From contig NC_043000.1 in assembly GCF_006345805.1 (NCBI RefSeq), positions 72,230,001-72,294,000 on the forward strand: a stretch of DNA of 64,000 bases. Direction: 5' to 3'. How positions within the stretch are numbered: the first letter of the stretch is position 1; every line of letters starts with the position of its first letter. The position numbers were made by a program, and so were the translations under genes. Positions 13,578 to 28,330 of this stretch are shown here, one piece after another. The notes under the pieces were generated by a model. The model worked only from the letters and a program-made list of their open reading frames with translations, had not been told where the DNA came from and ran no database searches. This stretch comes from Octopus sinensis. Its lineage: Eukaryota.

Positions 13578-13902
13578 TAAAACAATTGCAGCGTGGAAGG
13601 TGTTTATAAGCCATTTATGAAACACACAAAATCCGTTAGATTCACTTCAACATTTAAATTTAATTTGTCAAACTATTTTCGTCGTTTTGAGGCCGTGCTG
13701 CATCACGGAATTTGTCAGTGAACAGGTCGCGGTCTCAAAGCGACGAAAATATTTTGACAAATTAAATTTAAATGTTGAATTGAATCTAACGGATTTTGTG
13801 TGTTTCTTAAATGGTTTATAAACACCTTCCACGCTGCAATTGTTTTCGTTCCAGCACATGATCTCAGATCAGGTCACTTGCTATGCAAGTACATCTCCGT
13901 AA
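13578..13902. mobile_element. Fold-back repeat carrying a variant HHR
   Basis: 13578-13695 is the reverse complement of about 13729-13846. A related copy lies on minus at 34563-34770. Confidence 0.8.
13709..13763 (+). ncRNA. Type I hammerhead motif with G3-C8 variant core
   Basis: AATTTGTCA-GTGAACA-G-GTCGC-loop-GCGAC-GAAA-ATAT-TT-TGACAAATT. 9-bp stem I, 5-bp stem II. Confidence 0.7.
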
Positions 13903-14087
13903 TAAATATAACAATTTTACATCAATCTGAGGAGTACAAATTTATTATTCTTGTACGGTGAATTCAAAGTTTCGGCTGGCTAACCCGCTATTAGACGATA
14001 GCTTAGCTGGCCGAAACTTCGAAGTAACTGTCAATAGTATTCTTTATTCTTGTTTGATGATTATATATATATATATATATATATATA

Positions 14088-14139
<52 letters not shown>

Positions 14140-14179
14140 GATAAATCTCAGAGCGAGTTATAAACAGTACCGGTAACAC

Positions 14180-14425
14180 ATCGTGATGCATATTTGCCAT
14201 TTGAATATGGCTAACCATAAGGGTGGATGCTACTGTAGTCTGTAGCCCCAGGAAGATATCTCCTCCAGCTGGCTATAGACACACTATCTGTGCCCTGTCA
14301 CAGATACTGACAGGACACAGATAGTGTGTCTATAGCCAGCTGGAGGAGATATCTTCCTGGGGCTACAAACTACAGTAGCATCCACCCTTATGGGTTAGCC
14401 ATATTCAAATGGCAAATATTCATCA

Positions 14426-14429
<4 letters not shown>
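14180..14429. repeat. About 250-bp near-perfect palindrome abutting (TA)n
   Basis: Arms of about 120 bp around the loop ctgtca-cagatac-tgacag. Confidence 0.9.
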
Positions 14430-14513
<84 letters not shown>

Positions 14514-14673
14514 GATGGTTGCCAACTTAATGTGGCAGTCCCAGCAAAGGGAAGAATGCTACTGCTATTTAGTTCCAGGAAACACCGTTTCCAGTTGGCT
14601 ATGTGACACAAGTGGACTGTGTCCTTAAGTTTTCAAACAGGGGAGATAAGTACCTCCATCCAGCAAACCAACA

Positions 14674-14716
14674 TCCAGAAACTAGTTTCAGTGTCATTGC
14701 TCTTCATCAGTCTGGA
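14674..14716 (-). ncRNA. Type I hammerhead ribozyme motif
   Basis: TCCAGA-CTGATGA-AGAG-caatga-CACT-GAAAC-TA-GTT-TCTGGA. Confidence 0.8.
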
Positions 14717-15085
14717 GTAGCTTGGCTTGCTGGCTGTCAATGCTTATTCACCTTTGAAAGCATATAAATTTTCAAGTGAAATAAATTCACTGATCTATAA
14801 AATTAGAAATATTGTATTTCTAAATCTCCCAGCAAAGAGAAGAATGCTGCTGTTATTTAGCCCCAAGAAATACCGTTTCCAGTTGGCATTGTGACACAAG
14901 CATACTGTGTCCTTAAATTGGCAACAAACAATCAATTTATCATGCTGCTACTGTATAAGTCTCTCTGAGAGATTTAGAAATGTAGTATTTCTAATTTTGT
15001 ACATTAGTGAATTTATTTCACTTGAAATTGTATATGGGTTCAAATGTGAATAGGCATCGACAGCTACCAAACCAATCTAAGCTAC

Positions 15086-15128
15086 TCCAGACTAATGAAG
15101 AACAATGACTCTCAAACTAGTCTCTGGA
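15086..15128 (+). ncRNA. Hammerhead motif, sister copy with mutated core
   Basis: TCCAGA-CTAATGA-AGAA-caatga-CTCT-CAAAC-TA-GTC-TCTGGA. The consensus with 14674-14716 is canonical. Confidence 0.65.
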
Positions 15129-15579
15129 TGCTGGCTTTGCTGGGTGAAGGTGCTTATCTCCCCTGTTCTAAAACATAAGGATACAGAATGCTTGTGTCAC
15201 ATAGCCAACTGGAAATGGTGTTTCCTGGGTCTAAATAGCAGTAGCAATCTTCCCTTTTTCTGGGACTGCCACATTAAGTTGGCAACAAACCATCACTTTA
15301 TCGCGCTGCTACTGTATAAGTCTCTCTGAGAGATTTAGAAATACAATATTTCTAATTATATATATATATTAAGATCCACAAAGACCAAAACTTAACTGCA
15401 GCTCTTGGTGGTCCAAATCGGATGTGCAATCTATGTGGGTGTCTTTCCAAAACATTGTCTGGTTTAAAAAAAAAACCCCACATCAGAAGCCATGATGGCT
15501 CTAAGGTGTAAGTACAGGAAGTAGTCAAACGCCACATAAAGAGTAGACAACCACACACACACACACACACATATATATA

Positions 15580-16250
15580 CAGGGTGCGTAAGATATTTGA
15601 GGACAAATTTATGTTCATAAAAGGACAGCTATATAATAACAGATAAAGACTTTAGTCATAAAAAAATGCAATGAGGATAAAAATAAACCTTTTCTATAAT
15701 GTTATTCAATAAACCCACCTTCAGCTTCAACAACTGCTTCTATATGAGATCTAAATGCTCTACATGATCGTATCAAGTGGTCCTGGTTCATTTTGGACAT
15801 TCTTTGACTATGGCAGCTTTCAAAGAATCTTTTCAGTTTGTTTAAGAGCCTTTTAGACCTGATGTAGTGGTTTTCTTTTGTATTTTCTGACAAGTTGACC
15901 TTTCCTCATCATATAAGACTTATATTTGATATCTTCGTGGACTACATTTCTGACTGTTCCTTCTGACACATGGAGACCTTTTGCAATTGACTTCATGGAC
16001 TTGTTGAACTTGATGGATAAATTCAAGTGTGTTGATGATTTCAGAGCGATTAGGATGCTTTTTATGCTTTGATACTGGTGATACGTTTCCATCTTCAGTC
16101 TATAACTCCTTACAAACTTTGTAGACGAAAGATTTGGCAACTTTTAAAAATCGAGATGTTTCTAAATTGCTATGCTCAACCTTTATAACCACAATAATAG
16201 CATATCTTTTCATTTCTTGAGTAAGCTGAGGTCTGTCATTATTATTTTCT
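15580..16250 (-). mobile_element. Degraded Tc1/mariner-superfamily transposon
   Basis: TA|CAGGGTG end. Fragments KSMKSIAKGLHVSEGTVRNVVHEDIKYKSY and SCRAFRSHIEAVVEAEGGFIE. Confidence 0.75.
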
Positions 16251-16274
16251 TACATATATCTAAATATAAATATA

Positions 16275-16354
<80 letters not shown>

Positions 16355-16378
16355 GGTATGTATGTATATGTATGTGTA

Positions 16379-16764
16379 GGCGTAGGAGCGACTGTGTGGT
16401 AAGAAGCTTGCTTCTCAATCACATGGTTCTGGGTTAAGTCCCACTGCATGGCACCTTGGGCAAGTGTTTTCTACTATAGCCCTGGGCTGACCAAAGCCTT
16501 GTGAGTGGATTTGGTAGACAGAAACTGAAATATATTCATGTATATATTTGTCTGTGTGTGTCGGTGTTTATCCCCCCGCTATCCCTTGACAACCGATGCT
16601 GGTGTGTTTATGTCCCTGTAATCTTGTGGTTCGGCAAAAGGAACCGATAGAATAAGTCCTTGGCTTCCATAGAATCAGTCCTGGGGTTGATTTCTTCGAC
16701 TACAACCCTTTAAGGCGGTGCTCCACCATGGTCGCAGTCAAATAACTGAAATAAGTTAAAGAAT
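16379..16764 (+). mobile_element. tRNA-derived SINE (family A)
   Basis: A/B-box-like head GGCGTAGGAGCGACTGTGTGGTAAG...GGGTTAAGTCCC and tail GGCGGTGCTCC...ACTGAAA. Homologous to other copies in the window. Confidence 0.85.
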
Positions 16765-16789
16765 ATTTTACGTATATATATCATATATA

Positions 16790-19248
<2,459 letters not shown>

Positions 19249-19587
19249 TATTATGAAGTTGGCTGGATATCATTTGAGAGATTTAGATGCTAATTCTAAA
19301 GGTTCTAGTGACTACAGAGAGGCTGGCATCTGTATATGTCAGTTCATTTATACCAGTTTAAAACGATGTGTAGAGTCGTGTTCCTTACATCTTGAGCCAA
19401 GCCATTTTACTTAGGTTGATGGAATTAGTACGAAGCTTAAAGTTGGGCAAAACTAGAGGGGCAGTTTCATGAAATATCTATCTAAATGTCTATGAAAACA
19501 AGATCTGCAAAAGATTGCGTAACAAAATTAATGAAATAATTTTATCAGAATATCATTAATGTATAACAAAATAATGTTATCTTACAG

Positions 19588-19739
19588 AGCATATTCCTCT
19601 GAAATGCTACGGCACCCCTGCTGATCTGGTATTTGTTGTGGATTCCTCATCAAGTATCTGGCCCAGTAATTTCACGAAACAATTGGAATTTATACAGTAC
19701 ATGATTGACAGATTAGATGTCGGTATGAACAAATTACAG
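19588..19739 (+). CDS. VWA-domain protein exon, N-terminal part of a VWA domain
   Basis: cttacag acceptor and gtaact donor. Translates HIPLKCYGTPADLVFVVDSSSSIWPSNFTKQLEFIQYMIDRLDVGMNKLQ with the MIDAS DxSxS motif. Confidence 0.9.
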
Positions 19740-20171
19740 GTAACTAATTTTAATACTTATCAGCTAACTTAAAACTATTACATAACTAATTATACTGATT
19801 TAACAATATAATTAAATTACAGTTACAAAGATATGACACCGTTTCTTCTTAAAACAAGAATAAATATCACAAGCTCAATAAAAATATTTTACTTAGTTTC
19901 ATGACGATTGTTTCGGCCGCCGTTTTCCCCAACAGAAAACAGAATTTCATGGAAGCACGCTGTTTCTTCGTTTCAGCCTTCGTAAAAGTCAAGGAGTAGG
20001 GGAGAAGAACTGCAAAACAAAGACGCAGTTCGTGGTAATACGACTTGACCAGACGGCGTCGGTCGGCAGACTGATATGCTTTAAGGTAGCCTGAACTACA
20101 ACGAGCTTGTCCTACAGGGAATGTTTCAGGTTACTTTTGGGTACACCCTCGTGATGTGTATGTTTATATGA

Positions 20172-20230
<59 letters not shown>

Positions 20231-20306
20231 GAATTTAAAATAAGGTTTAGAAAGTAGGCGTTAAATCTAGTATACAAACCTTGTTTCAGGGTAAGTCCCA
20301 GGTAAT

Positions 20307-20404
20307 GTGCCTGAAGAGGACGTTCCCTTCTTATGCCAACAAGGCGTCATCGGCGATAGTGTGTGTTTGTCGTTGGAATGTACGTCCGGAATTCCGAGGG
20401 GCAC
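20307..20404 (+). ncRNA. Degenerate hammerhead motif with long stem II
   Basis: GTGC-CTGAAGA-GGACGT...ACGTCC-GGAATTCCGAGGG-GCAC. Stems I and II are intact, GAAA and the triplet have decayed. Confidence 0.5.
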
Positions 20405-20975
20405 GTAGGGATTATTTTAAAAGATTAATACGGAAGACGGTGTGTAACGAGAAGCATTTATTAGCACAACAATCGTTTCGGCATCATTCTGCACTGCTCC
20501 TTAGGGGGCGTGGAATGATGTAATAACACCAGATGCAACCTACAGTACAACAGAGTCTCGTCAGGCGATGTATGATGCTTCATAAGTTCTCAGATTTACC
20601 TTTTAATTTCGATTCAAGTTATATGCTCATGGTGTGATTCTAGCAGTTCAGACACACTTCATAAAGTGAGAAAGAAGTGGCCAGAAAGAAAATAAAAGAA
20701 TAAAAACACATAGCATTCAATATGAATAGGGATGGGGTGTTAATATTAGTGATCAAGAAGTCGTTGCTAAAAAATGATGATAATAAAATCTATTGTAAAC
20801 AGGGGATGTTTATTGCATCAGATTGAACGGCTTTAGCGTGCGTAAGTGTTTGATGGCTGGAGCAGTCAAGCACAACACCAACAATCTGGTTTATAAAATA
20901 TTACTTGAAACAAAATATAATAAAATACTTCGATAATTTAATGAAACAAAATCTTTTCATGCTTTTGTCGTTTAG

Positions 20976-21414
20976 GTGAGAGTTGGAATTGTGACTTTTA
21001 GTGACTGGGCTATGGTCAATGCCTACCTTATGCAGTCCAGAGATAAGTCGGTGTTGAAATGGAAAATTGGTTTGATTAAACAGATCCAAGGTAGAACTAA
21101 CATTGCAAACGCACTAAATACTCTGGTTAGCCGAGTATATAAAGCAGAAAATGGAGCCAGACTCGGAGTGAAAAGGATTGCAATTTTATTAACAGATGGA
21201 ATATCTCAGACACATAAAACGGCGGCATTAGTAGCAAAACGCTGTCGAAAAGAAAACATAGAAATATTTGCTATTGGGATCGGAAACCGTATCAGATACG
21301 ACGAATTAAGTGAGCTTGTTAGTAGACCTAGGTGGAAATACTTGATCCATGCCCCAAGTTATGAGGATCTTAATAGGATCAAAAATGTCATCATTCGTAA
21401 AACATGCCGAAACC
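20976..21414 (+). CDS. VWA-domain protein exon, C-terminal part of the same VWA domain
   Basis: tttag acceptor and gtaagt donor. VRVGIVTFSD...GRTNIANAL...IAILLTDGIS...IFAIGIG...KTC, in phase 0 with the previous exon. Confidence 0.92.
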
Positions 21415-21751
21415 GTAAGTAATTTCCCTTTTTCTTATCCATTTTTCTTCTGTTACTCCTTGTTTTGACCATCAACCTGCATTAACTTATCACCGATATT
21501 CATTAAAACATAGCTATGTGTGTGTGTGTGTTCGCGTGCGCGCTCGCACACATAGGAAAGGCAGCCAGACGGAGGAAATATCTTCCTTTATTTCGAAGAT
21601 CAAAAATAAAATCACAGATGACAAAAAGAAAAACAAACACGCAATCCAGCAAGAAAAGTATTTAAAATAGCCGTTAACAGATATGGATCTATAAACGCCC
21701 TCGGGCAAGCTGCATAGCGCGAGTACACACGCTCACACACACAAACACACA

Positions 21752-21785
<34 letters not shown>

Positions 21786-22556
21786 ACACACATAAATGGA
21801 GTTAAACGCAGGTATTGTTTAAATCTTTTTACTTCCGGCATATGTTCCGAAGACAACATTGCTATTATTCTAGAAGTAAAACAATGCAATCTTCTCATCA
21901 AGGAAAGAAAGAAACCAAACATATCAATAAGACATTTTAATAGAATGTGATGACTGCGTATATGATGAAGGGAACGCTATCAAGTTTTTTTTTTTAAAAC
22001 CCGTTTGCAGATACAACGTCAAGGTAGTTTATAGAAAGAGGAGGAGAAAGAAAGAAATTAGCAGAAAACTAATAGTGGAGATGGAAGTAGATATATTTTG
22101 TGGAAGTGAAATGTAAGACAGTCAAAGGTCGAAGTTTAGAGAATGATAGAAATCACTTATAGGAACTAAAGGTATGTTTCTGCCAATGTTTGCAACGATA
22201 AACACGCTCTATAAGCGTGTTTACAAGAGGATTCTTTGAGAACAGGATAAAGTACATCTCACTGTTACAAAGCAGACAAAAAGATTTACCTTTATCAAAT
22301 GGAAAAGATACAAAGAGAATATCCCGTTCCAAATCAAATTGTTTATTATGATCCTTTAGATAAAGGTAAATCTTTTTGATATATTATTCAAAAATATTTC
22401 ACCTAAACCTGGAATTTCTACCATTATAAGCAGACTGTTACATCCTTGGTATGCATGTGAATTTTTGCTACCCTGGTAAGTATTTATTTATTTTTTCCGT
22501 GTTATTTGAAACACTTAAAAACACACATGCATATATATATATATATATATATTATA

Positions 22557-22602
<46 letters not shown>

Positions 22603-22633
22603 TGTGTTATATATATATATATATATATATATA

Positions 22634-22965
22634 GGCGCGTGGCTCAGTGGTTAGAGCGTCGAGCTTACGATCGTGAGGTTGTGAGCTCGAATCCCGGACC
22701 GGGCTGCGTGTTGTGTTCTTGAGCAAGACACTTTATTTCACGTTGCTCCAGTTTACTCAGCTGTAGAAATGAGTTGCGATGTCACAGGTGCCAAGCTGTA
22801 TCGGCCCTTGCCTTTCCCTTGGACAACATCGGTGACGTGGAGAGGGGAGGCCGGTATGCATGGGCGACTGCTGGTCTTCCATAAAACAACCATGCCCAGA
22901 CTTGTGCCTGAGAGGGTAACTCTCTAGATGCAAACCCATGGTCAGTGTCTGACCGAAGGGGGTCA
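22634..22965 (+). mobile_element. tRNA-derived SINE (family B)
   Basis: TGGCTCAGTGG A box and GAGCTCGAATCCC B box, followed by a non-tRNA body. Confidence 0.8.
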
Positions 22966-22982
22966 CCACCATATATATTATC

Positions 22983-23022
<40 letters not shown>

Positions 23023-23055
23023 CACACACACAAACCACACACACACACACACACA

Positions 23056-23097
<42 letters not shown>

Positions 23098-23327
23098 ATA
23101 TTAGGGAATATCCAAACTTACAGGGAAAAATTAGATTTAGGATTAAATCCAATTTTATAGTATAAATATATTATATTATATTATATTAAATTAGAGATAA
23201 AACCACTATTAGGAAACCAAACAGTGAAAAACATAAGCCAATACATAAAATTAATTTAAAAATATAAAAGTTAAAAATAAAAAATTATTTAAATAATTAA
23301 AACTTATAAATTTATATATATATATAT

Positions 23328-23377
<50 letters not shown>

Positions 23378-23485
23378 AATATTTTTATATTTATATTTAT
23401 ATATTATTTAATTAATTAATTAATTAATTAATTTTTTTTAAATATCAAAAGTATTAAAAGTTTAATAAAAGATAAAGAGTAAAAC

Positions 23486-23576
23486 ACTACGATCGTTTCA
23501 TGGCTGTACCAATTCGAATAACAATAATTTAACTTCAATTAATAATTCGAGTTATGGTTACAGTCAATCATCAGGT
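23486..23576 (-). ncRNA. Hammerhead motif, extended stem II, weak stem I
   Basis: AC-CTGATGA-long hairpin-GAAAC-GATC-GTA-GT. Confidence 0.6.
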
Positions 23577-24041
23577 TAATTGAAATATTTTAAAAATAAT
23601 CAGAAATATATAAATATATATATATATGTTTGTTTGTATTTTTGAAATTAGCTATTTCATCTTTAAATATGAAAAATTAATTTATTAGGTCTTTATTATA
23701 TGTGCATATGTATTTATTTATAGAGTTTATTTTAGATCTTAATTATAATATTTATATACATTTATATATTTTCATTGATAATTTATATATAATAGTCATT
23801 TTTTAAAAAATATTTATGTAATTAGATATAGACTATTACAGATATTAGATTATTGGTGGGTTTCTTACCTTATAATTAAAATTAATATTTAACATTATAA
23901 TCGATTTTGATATAATTATAATTGTTAAGTTTTAAGTTTCTAGTTTGATAATGGAGTTTATTATAAGTAAAATTATTATATTATTTATATCTTAAAAATA
24001 TTGTTTAAATATTTCTGATTATTTTAAAAATATCTCAAGTA

Positions 24042-24132
24042 ACCTGAAGATTGACTGTAACCATAACTCGAATTATTAATTGAATTTACATTATTGTTAT
24101 TCGAATTGGTACAGCCATGAAACGATCGTAGT
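24042..24132 (+). ncRNA. Hammerhead motif, extended stem II, weak stem I
   Basis: AC-CTGAAGA-TTGACTGTAACC...GGTACAGCCAT-GAAAC-GATC-GTA-GT. Confidence 0.6.
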
Positions 24133-24489
24133 GTTTTACTCTTTATCTTTTATTAAACTTTTAATACTTTTGATATTTAAAAAAAAAATAAATAAATAAA
24201 TAAATTAATTAATAAATAAAATAATATATAAATATAAATATAAAAATATTATACATACATATATATATATATATATTTGTATATATATATATTTGTATAT
24301 ATATATATTAAATTATTTAAATATTTTTTTATTTTTAACTTTTATATTTTTAAATTAATTTTATGTATTGGCTTATGTTTTTCACTGTTTGGTTTGCCTA
24401 ATAGTGGTTTTATCTCTAATTTAATATAATATATATATTATATGTAGAAAAATACAAACTGGGACAAGAACGTAAAACATTTAGAAAAC

Positions 24490-25626
24490 GATTTCTGGAC
24501 CCCCGAACTTGGATGATCATAACTTTCAGAAAAATGGATTTTTTAATGAAATTTTCTATGAGTATGTGTTATATCATGTAGATTCCGAATATACAAAACT
24601 TTTGGAGGAAAGTGTTTTAGGGGCGGGGAGATTTCGGAAAATTCACCGGGGTCCACTTCAATTCGTCTTAACTTTCAAGAAAATGGGTTTTATTTTTAAT
24701 GAAATCCTCTACGAATATACCTCGGACTATGTAAATTCTGAGAACATAGGAATTTTGGGGGAAAACAACTGGGGTTATTTTTGAGGACCGTTCCCCACTC
24801 GAGGGTTGTTTCGGAACAAGTGGTCCATATTTATTTCATTTTCTCCACTTAGTGCGTTTATGCATACGTAGATTTCTATTGAAGCAACAAACGGGCAATG
24901 AAGGCAAATGAAGCCCTCACCAGAATACGCGTTATGCTAAAAATAACAGCTACAGGTCTGGTACACAGAAATATGTTATTAAGACGACTTATCTGTTGCA
25001 TACATTCTCTTTTTCACTTTAAGCAAATCCCAAGGTAAATGTTTCTAATAAAAAGGTAGAAGACACCAGAAACAAAACTTAATAATATACACGCACAGTT
25101 AAATATAAAAGTGTAGAGTATAATTTGTTACATAATCTCTATAGTAAGCAAGAAATTGAATCTAATAATTCCCTGTTTTAACTTTTTTAATTACATATAT
25201 ATGTGTATGTGTGTGTGTGCGTGTGTGAGTGAGCGGTAGAAATCTACGGATGCACAAACACACAAAACGGAAAAAATGAAACAAATATGGACGACTTCTC
25301 CCGAAACACCCTCGAGTGGGGAACGGTTCTCAAAAATAATCCCCAGTTGTTTTCCCCCCAAATTCCTATGTTCACGGAATCTACATAGTCCGAGATATAA
25401 GTGTAGAGAATTTCGTTAAAAAACATCCATTTTCTTGAAAGTTAAAACGAATTGAAGTGGACTCCGGTGAATTTTCCACAATTCCCCACCCTGCCCCTCC
25501 TAAGACACTTTTCCCCAAAGGTTTTGTATATTCTACATGATATAACACATAGTCATACACAATTTCATTAGAAAGTATCCATTTTTCTGAAAGTTACGAT
25601 CATCTTAAGTCGGTGGGGCAGAAATC
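24490..25626. mobile_element. Foldback/MITE-like element with ~390-bp inverted arms
   Basis: 24490-24878 is a diverged reverse complement of 25237-25626. Spacer is non-coding. Confidence 0.75.
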
Positions 25627-26126
25627 TGTAGTTAAGCCAATATATATATATATCACGTGATCACGTGACCGACCAGACCATCAGATGTTGTTACACATCG
25701 CCGGTCACAATGCGTTCGCATTGTTTTAGCCTTCGAATGACGCCACCCCGCTGGCTAAGCGAGCAGGCCAAGAGAAGAAAGAGTGGGAGAAAGAGTGGTG
25801 AAAGCGTACAGCAGGGGTCACCACCCCCTATATATATATATAACAAGCCTTAGCAAACATATTCTGTGTTTTGCTAGAAAGAGGTAGAAACTGATATCAG
25901 TCCGAGATGTAAAGTTATCAGTAAATGTTTTTGATTTTCACTCTCGATAAATTTATCCCCTTTTTGTGTTCCCAGCACTTGGCATCCTTATTTAGGAGCC
26001 CTTAATTATATTTCTACATGAATAATATTTTTCTATATGAATAATATTTTGTCTAATGACTAATTCGTCTTTTGTGCTGAGCCACTGGTAGTAATCTATA
26101 TTATTACCCTTTTGTTTATATATATA

Positions 26127-26250
26127 CTAGCAGCATAGCCCGGCGTTGCCCGGGTATGTAAGAGCCCCTAGTAGGCAACGACTAATCCCAATCTAGTCAT
26201 TTCCTCTGGGGAACGAAGGCGCATGTGTAGGTTGCAATGTTTCTCTTCAC
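26127..26250 (-). mobile_element. Helitron 3' end fragment
   Basis: Minus-strand CCCGGGCAACGCCGGG hairpin followed by CTAG|T in a (TA)n tract. Confidence 0.65.
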
Positions 26251-26253
26251 TCA

Positions 26254-26293
<40 letters not shown>

Positions 26294-26307
26294 TATATAT
26301 ATATACA

Positions 26308-27550
26308 CAGGGGTTAGGCAAAATATGGAAAACACATTAAAATTTCAAACAAATTTATTCTAATATGTAGTAGGACCGCCTTTAGCAGTAATTATAGTTT
26401 GAATTCTACGAGGTTTGGACTCGTACAAAGTTTGAATTGTTTCCAAAGGAATTTTTGTCCATTCTTCAGCTAAAACAGTCTGCAGTTCTTGCAGTGATGT
26501 TGGTGGAGGACATCGACTCCTTACTTGCTTTTCCAAAATGCACCATAAATGTTCGATAATATTGAGATCTGGCGACTTTGGAGGCCAAAAAACTGTTCAA
26601 TTTCACTGGAATGTTCCTCATGCCGTTCAGTAACAATTTTAGCTGTGTGAATTGGTGCATTATCATCCTGAAAGATTGCGTTTTCCTCCGGAAAATGTTC
26701 CGCGTCCATATGATGAATTTGATCAGATAAAATGCTTAAATAGTCTTGACTATTAATTCTACCATGAAGGGAAATCAATGGGCCGGCGGATTTCCAAGAT
26801 ATAGCCCCCTACCAGATTATCACAGAACCTCCTCTATGCTTTACAGTTGGAAAAAGACAGTCTGGGTCAAATGCTTCCGGCTGGTGGTCGGAAATATGGT
26901 AAAGGATGACTCGTCCCAGAAAAAAAATCTTCCACTGCTCTAGGGACCAAATCTGTAGGTTTTTACTCCACTCTAAACGCTTTACAACATTTGCTTTTGA
27001 AACTAGTGGTTTTCTGATGGCACCCCTCCCGTGAAATCCGGCTTTGTACAGCTCCCGGCGAACAGGTCTTGTGGAAACTGGGTTCTCAAGGTGGTCATTA
27101 AACTCTGCAGTAATTTTGGGAGCTGTAATTTTGTGATCTTTTCTAATAATTCGCAGAGACCGACGGTCCCTATCTGAAAGTTTTGGTTTTATTCCGGAGT
27201 TTTTTTCGACGAGGAGGTTTCTACCTCTTCTCAAGGGCTCTCATTACTTTCAAAACAGTACTTCTTGATACACCAAACATTTCGGCTGCTTTCGTTACGC
27301 TACCGCCTGCCATACGAGCACCAACAATTTGATCTCTTTGAAAGTCCGACAAATCTGTCATTTTAATGAATTTTAATAACCTCTTTCTGATGATATCTGA
27401 AAGACATAACAGCAATTTTAGCAAAACATATTAAGCAACACTAATAATAAATGAAAAACATAAAAATAAAAAAGCTTTTGACGGTTCTATAGATATTTCA
27501 AATTATGATGCTATGATGCTAGGTGTTTTCTTTATTTTGTCAAGCCCCTG
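26308..27550 (-). mobile_element. Tc1-family transposon with frameshifted transposase
   Basis: CAGGGG...CCCCTG TIRs. MTDLSDFQRDQIVGARMAG, PTVKHRGGSVIIW and IFQDDNAPIHTA occur in different frames. Confidence 0.9.
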
Positions 27551-27573
27551 GATATATATATATAATATAATAT

Positions 27574-27673
27574 NNNNNNNNNNNNNNNNNNNNNNNNNNN
27601 NNNNNNNNNNNNNNNNNNNNNNNNNNNNNNNNNNNNNNNNNNNNNNNNNNNNNNNNNNNNNNNNNNNNNNNNN
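27574..27673. other. Assembly gap
   Basis: 100 N. Confidence 1.
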
Positions 27674-27689
27674 GAGTCAAAATCATTTC

Positions 27690-28330
27690 AAAAATCAAAA
27701 ATACAAAATATATACTCTATCCATATGGTATATTTATATTCGACATTTTAAATTTAGCCGCGTGCCTACATAAGTTAATTAGCTCACTTCTTTGATTCAA
27801 AGAATTATTGTCTTTGAATAAGATGTACATTTTTTCTAATAGACAAAGTTTGCACTTGAAATTATTTTTTGTAAGCTCCATGCCTGTATGGTGCCGCCCT
27901 GTCCAGAATGCTCCATGTCACGTTGAAAGGTGGGGCTTCCTTTTCTTTTAGTTCCAGACATATTTTGCTAGGCTGGTCCTCTTCCTATCTCTGGGTATTT
28001 AAATAAATTTTTATGAGAATAAAATCTTGTTTAAATGAATTTTCTGAAGCCCTGTGTATGTCTTGTATTCTGATGAGCCTTCCACTTGCACCTTGGCTCT
28101 ATAAACTACTCCTTTCACTAGACATTTCCCTTCTAACGGACAGGAGCTTTCGTTTTTGAAATTGCATTTCTTAATGGGCTCGGCACCATGTCAAATCTCA
28201 ATTAGCTTCCTATTATGTTGGCTAATGTAAGAGGCGAAATTTCTAGGGTTCTTCTATTAAAAATCCTATAGAATTTATGACCCTGCTTAAAATGCTTAGA
28301 GACTAATCTCAAAAGGTCCTTACCTAATTA
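27690..28330 (-). mobile_element. Degraded Penelope GIY-YIG endonuclease region
   Basis: Minus-strand reading FNVTWSILDRAAPYRHG, typical of the PLE endonuclease C-terminus. Frameshifted. Confidence 0.6.

Larger units (their letters stand above)
14508..15360. mobile_element. PLE-type terminal repeats (inverted plus partial tandem) with two HHR copies
   Basis: 14510-14826 is the reverse complement of about 14972-15298, and 14918-15000 is repeated at 15277-15358. (TA)n on both sides. Confidence 0.8.
23170..24440. mobile_element. AT-rich inverted PLE-type terminal repeat pair with HHRs
   Basis: 23175-23610 is the reverse complement of about 24008-24435. The same family tail occurs at 2560-2840 and 4397-4697. 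Confidence 0.8.

Noticed and set aside
22011-22023. Possible microexon (tttgcag...gtagtt) after exon 20976-21414
   Set aside because: 13 nt would break the phase 1 to phase 1 join, and the donor is weak.
22634-22705. tRNA gene
   Set aside because: A/B boxes are present but the sequence runs into a SINE body, so it is treated as a SINE head.
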